From assembly GCA_003345555.1 (NCBI GenBank), contig PRDJ01000019.1, forward strand, positions 1-8,546: DNA of 8,546 nt, written 5' to 3'. The position numbers were made by a program, and so were the translations under genes. This DNA comes from Candidatus Thorarchaeota archaeon. Its GTDB lineage: Archaea > Asgardarchaeota > Thorarchaeia > Thorarchaeales > Thorarchaeaceae. A model generated the notes under the pieces. The model had not been told where the DNA came from and made no database searches. It saw only the letters and a list, made by a program, of their open reading frames with translations. Position 1 is the stretch's first letter, and each line of letters starts with the position of its first letter. Below, one piece after another: positions 6,160 through 8,546 of this stretch.

Positions 6160-6918
6160 TTAGCGTTGTCTATGCTCTTTCCGATGCCCGTTCGACCCGA
6201 CCAATTCCAGTAATTCTGTGGCTTTCTTCAGTATCGTCGTTCCGGAGGGCGCCAACTTCTCCTCGTCGACGTTACCCCATGCCAACAGAATAGGCACAGC
6301 GCCGGCTCTCTGAGCTGCCACTATATCATACTTCACTACATTGCCTACGTAGGCCATCTTGATTGGATTGACGTGAAGCTGGCTGGCTACTTGCACCAAC
6401 ATGTATGGCGATGGTTTTCTGTATCCTGGCACGTTTGAATACTCAACTGACTCAAACAGGTCAGCAATCCCGTCTCTTTCAAGGTATGGCAGAGGGGTCC
6501 CCCACCTGTTCGATGCTGCAGCGAGTCGGTATCCCCTGGAATGGAGTTCTTCGAGAGTAGACTTGCAGCCTTCGAATAGCTGCTCCTTCAGACTGGCGAT
6601 TCTCACATCCCACTTGTGTTGGTATCGCGCCACGTAGTCATCGAGATTGTCGACAACCCCGAGAGTCGTGAGCACTATCCTATCGTATTGCTCGAACTCA
6701 TCATGCGAAGGTTCCCAGTGTGCGTGAGCATTGGTGCCAAACATCATCTCGTCGAGCCAAGCGTCTGCGGCATCATTGCTACGTTGGATTGCATCATCAG
6801 TGAACCCAGTTAGCCCGAGTTCCTCTAGGAAGCCTCTGATCTCGCCGACTAAATCCGTTGGGCCGTACAGCGTGCCTCCCAGGTCAAAAACAAACGATTT
6901 GACATCGAGTGGTTTCAT
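6160..6918 (-). CDS. HAD-superfamily hydrolase (subfamily IA-like)
   Basis: Motif I FVFDLGGTL, motif II ASN, motif III RKPSP, motif IV VGNVVKYD. ATG 6918 (MKPLDVKSFVFD) is preferred over 6966 because motif I normally lies near the N-terminus, and an AT-rich AATATAAG lies ~30 nt upstream of 6918. Confidence 0.9.
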   Translation of the reverse strand: MKPLDVKSFVFDLGGTLYGPTDLVGEIRGFLEELGLTGFTDDAIQRSNDAADAWLDEMMFGTNAHAHWEPSHDEFEQYDRIVLTTLGVVDNLDDYVARYQHKWDVRIASLKEQLFEGCKSTLEELHSRGYRLAAASNRWGTPLPYLERDGIADLFESVEYSNVPGYRKPSPYMLVQVASQLHVNPIKMAYVGNVVKYDIVAAQRAGAVPILLAWGNVDEEKLAPSGTTILKKATELLELVGSNGHRKEHRQR

Positions 6919-7035
6919 GTTGAAGCGGTGAAGGCGGTTGTTGGCCCGCTTATATTCATGAGGCAATAGCCATCTGACAGGAATGTGGTTATCTCAACTC
7001 TTTTCTGCTACGCAGTCTCAATCCGCTTGGTCTAG

Positions 7036-8184
7036 ATGGCATCCATTGATGATACACTGAGGGAATTGGAGGCGCATCTCAAAGCCAACCCTGACGACGC
7101 GTCTGCCTGGAATAGCAGAGGTGTGCTGCTCGCGAGGAAGGACCAATTTGGAGAGGCCTTAAGGTGCCTTGACCAGGCAACCCGTCTTGACCCAAGTCAT
7201 GCTGAAGCATTTGTAAACCGCGGTCGCGTACTCCTCGCCCTAGGTCCGAGCAAGGCCGCGGATGCCTTGAAGTCCTTCGATAGGGCGCTGGAGCTGACTC
7301 CTCAATCACCCCCGATACTATGGGATAGAGCATTGGCTTTGAGGGTTCTAGGTCATCTGAAGGATGAGTTGGCTTGTCTGGATGGCATCATTCAGATCAC
7401 TTCTGATAATGCGACGGTATGGTCTCGGACAGGAGACATTCATCTTGAGCTTGGGCAGAGTGAGCAGGCCATAGAAAGATACGACCGGGCCCTTTCACTG
7501 GACAGCAAGCTGGTTCCCGCTCTTGTCGGTCGCTCACTTGCCTTATCACGGTTGGAGCGCTGGAACGATGCATTGGAGTCTGCCGAGTCTGCCGCGAAAA
7601 TGGCTCCACAGGATATTGGAGTATGGCGAGTCCTTGCAGACATAAACATGAACGCCGACAGAAACAAGGCGGCCATGAAGGCGCTCAAGAAGGCTTTCGA
7701 AATAGACCCCAGCGACCCTTTCGTAGAAAATGCAATGGGCATGGTCGCCTACAAGGAAGGCCGTCTTCACGATGCGGCGAAGCACTTCAGGGGCGCGATT
7801 GTGAGAAAGCGAGATTATGTGTCGGCACTAAGAAACCTTGGGTTTGTCTGCATGGAACTCGAAGAGTGGGAAGAGGCCAGTAGGGCATTGTCCACTCTGA
7901 CGGCAACTGTCAAAGATGATCCGCAAGTATACGACGCAAAGGCGGTAGCCCAAGCGAGGCTCGATGATTTCTGTTCTGCTGCTGAAGCTTGGGAGGAAGC
8001 ACGACGGTTGTACAAGAAGGCAGGCAATGAGAAAGAAGCGGAACGAGTTCATGAGCTAGGCCGTGCTGCCAAAATCAACTGCGGAAGACAGAAGGATGCA
8101 ATCAGGGCGCAAAAAGAAAAAGAGAAGGCACAACGTGAATTCAGTCACCGGTTTGAGATGCGCCGAAGGAAGCAGTCGACTTGA
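7036..8184 (+). CDS. Tetratricopeptide-repeat protein (~9 TPRs) with charged C-terminal helix
   Basis: Repeated ~34-aa units such as AWNSRGVLL..KDQFGEALRCLDQATRLDPS, AFVNRGRVLL...FDRALELTPQ and VWSRTGDIHLELGQSEQAIERYDRALSLDSK. Confidence 0.93.
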   Translation: MASIDDTLRELEAHLKANPDDASAWNSRGVLLARKDQFGEALRCLDQATRLDPSHAEAFVNRGRVLLALGPSKAADALKSFDRALELTPQSPPILWDRALALRVLGHLKDELACLDGIIQITSDNATVWSRTGDIHLELGQSEQAIERYDRALSLDSKLVPALVGRSLALSRLERWNDALESAESAAKMAPQDIGVWRVLADINMNADRNKAAMKALKKAFEIDPSDPFVENAMGMVAYKEGRLHDAAKHFRGAIVRKRDYVSALRNLGFVCMELEEWEEASRALSTLTATVKDDPQVYDAKAVAQARLDDFCSAAEAWEEARRLYKKAGNEKEAERVHELGRAAKINCGRQKDAIRAQKEKEKAQREFSHRFEMRRRKQST

Positions 8185-8317
8185 TGTCGGAAGACACAGG
8201 GAATCGACATATGTCTACTACACATGTCTGCAACGCCTGATTTCGTTTCATCGGGGCACGCAGAACCCTTGAACGAATTCCCACTAGTTTATCAGGGTTC
8301 GCTACAATGGGTCTCTG

Positions 8318-8335
8318 AAACACGTAGACGTGTTT
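8318..8335. promoter_or_regulatory. Perfect inverted repeat AAACACGT-AG-ACGTGTTT (candidate operator or 5' hairpin)
   Basis: 8-bp arms are exact reverse complements. It ends 7 nt before the AGGTGA RBS of the ATP-cone gene. Confidence 0.5.
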
Positions 8336-8342
8336 GGTACGT

Positions 8343-8348
8343 AGGTGA
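8343..8348 (+). promoter_or_regulatory. Ribosome-binding site AGGTGA
   Basis: Ends 5 nt before ATG 8354. Confidence 0.65.
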
Positions 8349-8353
8349 AAACA

Positions 8354-8546
8354 ATGGACGTTAAGAAGAGAACTGGTAAGACCGAACCATTCATGCCCGA
8401 AAAGGTTGTTGTCAGCATAGTCAAAGCTGGTGCTCCGTATGAGGTCGCCAAGCAGATTGCCCAATCGCTTTCTGCTAAGCCTGTCAGTTCAATGAAAAGC
8501 TCTGAAATCCGCGAGTTTGTGCTCAAGGAGCTCAAGACGAAAGGTT
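8354..8546 (+). CDS. ATP-cone domain protein, N-terminal part (truncated by window edge)
   Basis: Manual translation: MDVKKRTGKTEPFMPEKVVVSIVKAGAPYEVAKQIAQSLSAKPVSSMKSSEIREFVLKELKTKG. This fits the ATP-cone pattern V.KR.G..E.F...K...SI..AG.....A..IA......s.EI...V...L, and it has a good RBS. Confidence 0.88.
   Translation, partial: MDVKKRTGKTEPFMPEKVVVSIVKAGAPYEVAKQIAQSLSAKPVSSMKSSEIREFVLKELKTKG

Noticed and set aside
8250-8290. GAATTCCC segment reminiscent of a tRNA T-arm
   Set aside because: No cloverleaf, acceptor stem or anticodon arm could be built.
8141-8535. Minus-strand ORFs 8141-8464 and 8302-8535
   Set aside because: They overlap the better-supported plus-strand TPR and ATP-cone genes and have no motifs.

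Overview
Archaeal-looking window with GGTGA-type ribosome-binding sites. The gene repertoire resembles Asgard archaea such as Thorarchaeia, but this taxonomy is inference. From left to right: (1) the 5' part of an Lrp/AsnC-type regulator (minus strand, cut by the window edge, absent from the ORF track); (2) a ~1.5-kb non-autonomous IS607-family element (minus) with an intact tnpB whose RuvC-III motif reads DRQ instead of DRD, and a tnpA serine-recombinase pseudogene missing its catalytic core; an exact 8-bp repeat lies near both ends; (3) a class I SAM methyltransferase (plus); (4) four co-directional minus-strand genes, in transcription order a HAD hydrolase, a sequon-rich type I membrane protein, a chagasin/I42-like protein with altered loops and a membrane-anchored M1 aminopeptidase; (5) a TPR protein (plus); (6) a palindrome-rich intergenic region; (7) the start of an ATP-cone protein (plus, truncated, absent from the ORF track). 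The best leads are the possibly domesticated or nuclease-altered TnpB, whose predicted guide matches the region upstream of the Lrp gene, and the chagasin-like protein beside a surface peptidase.
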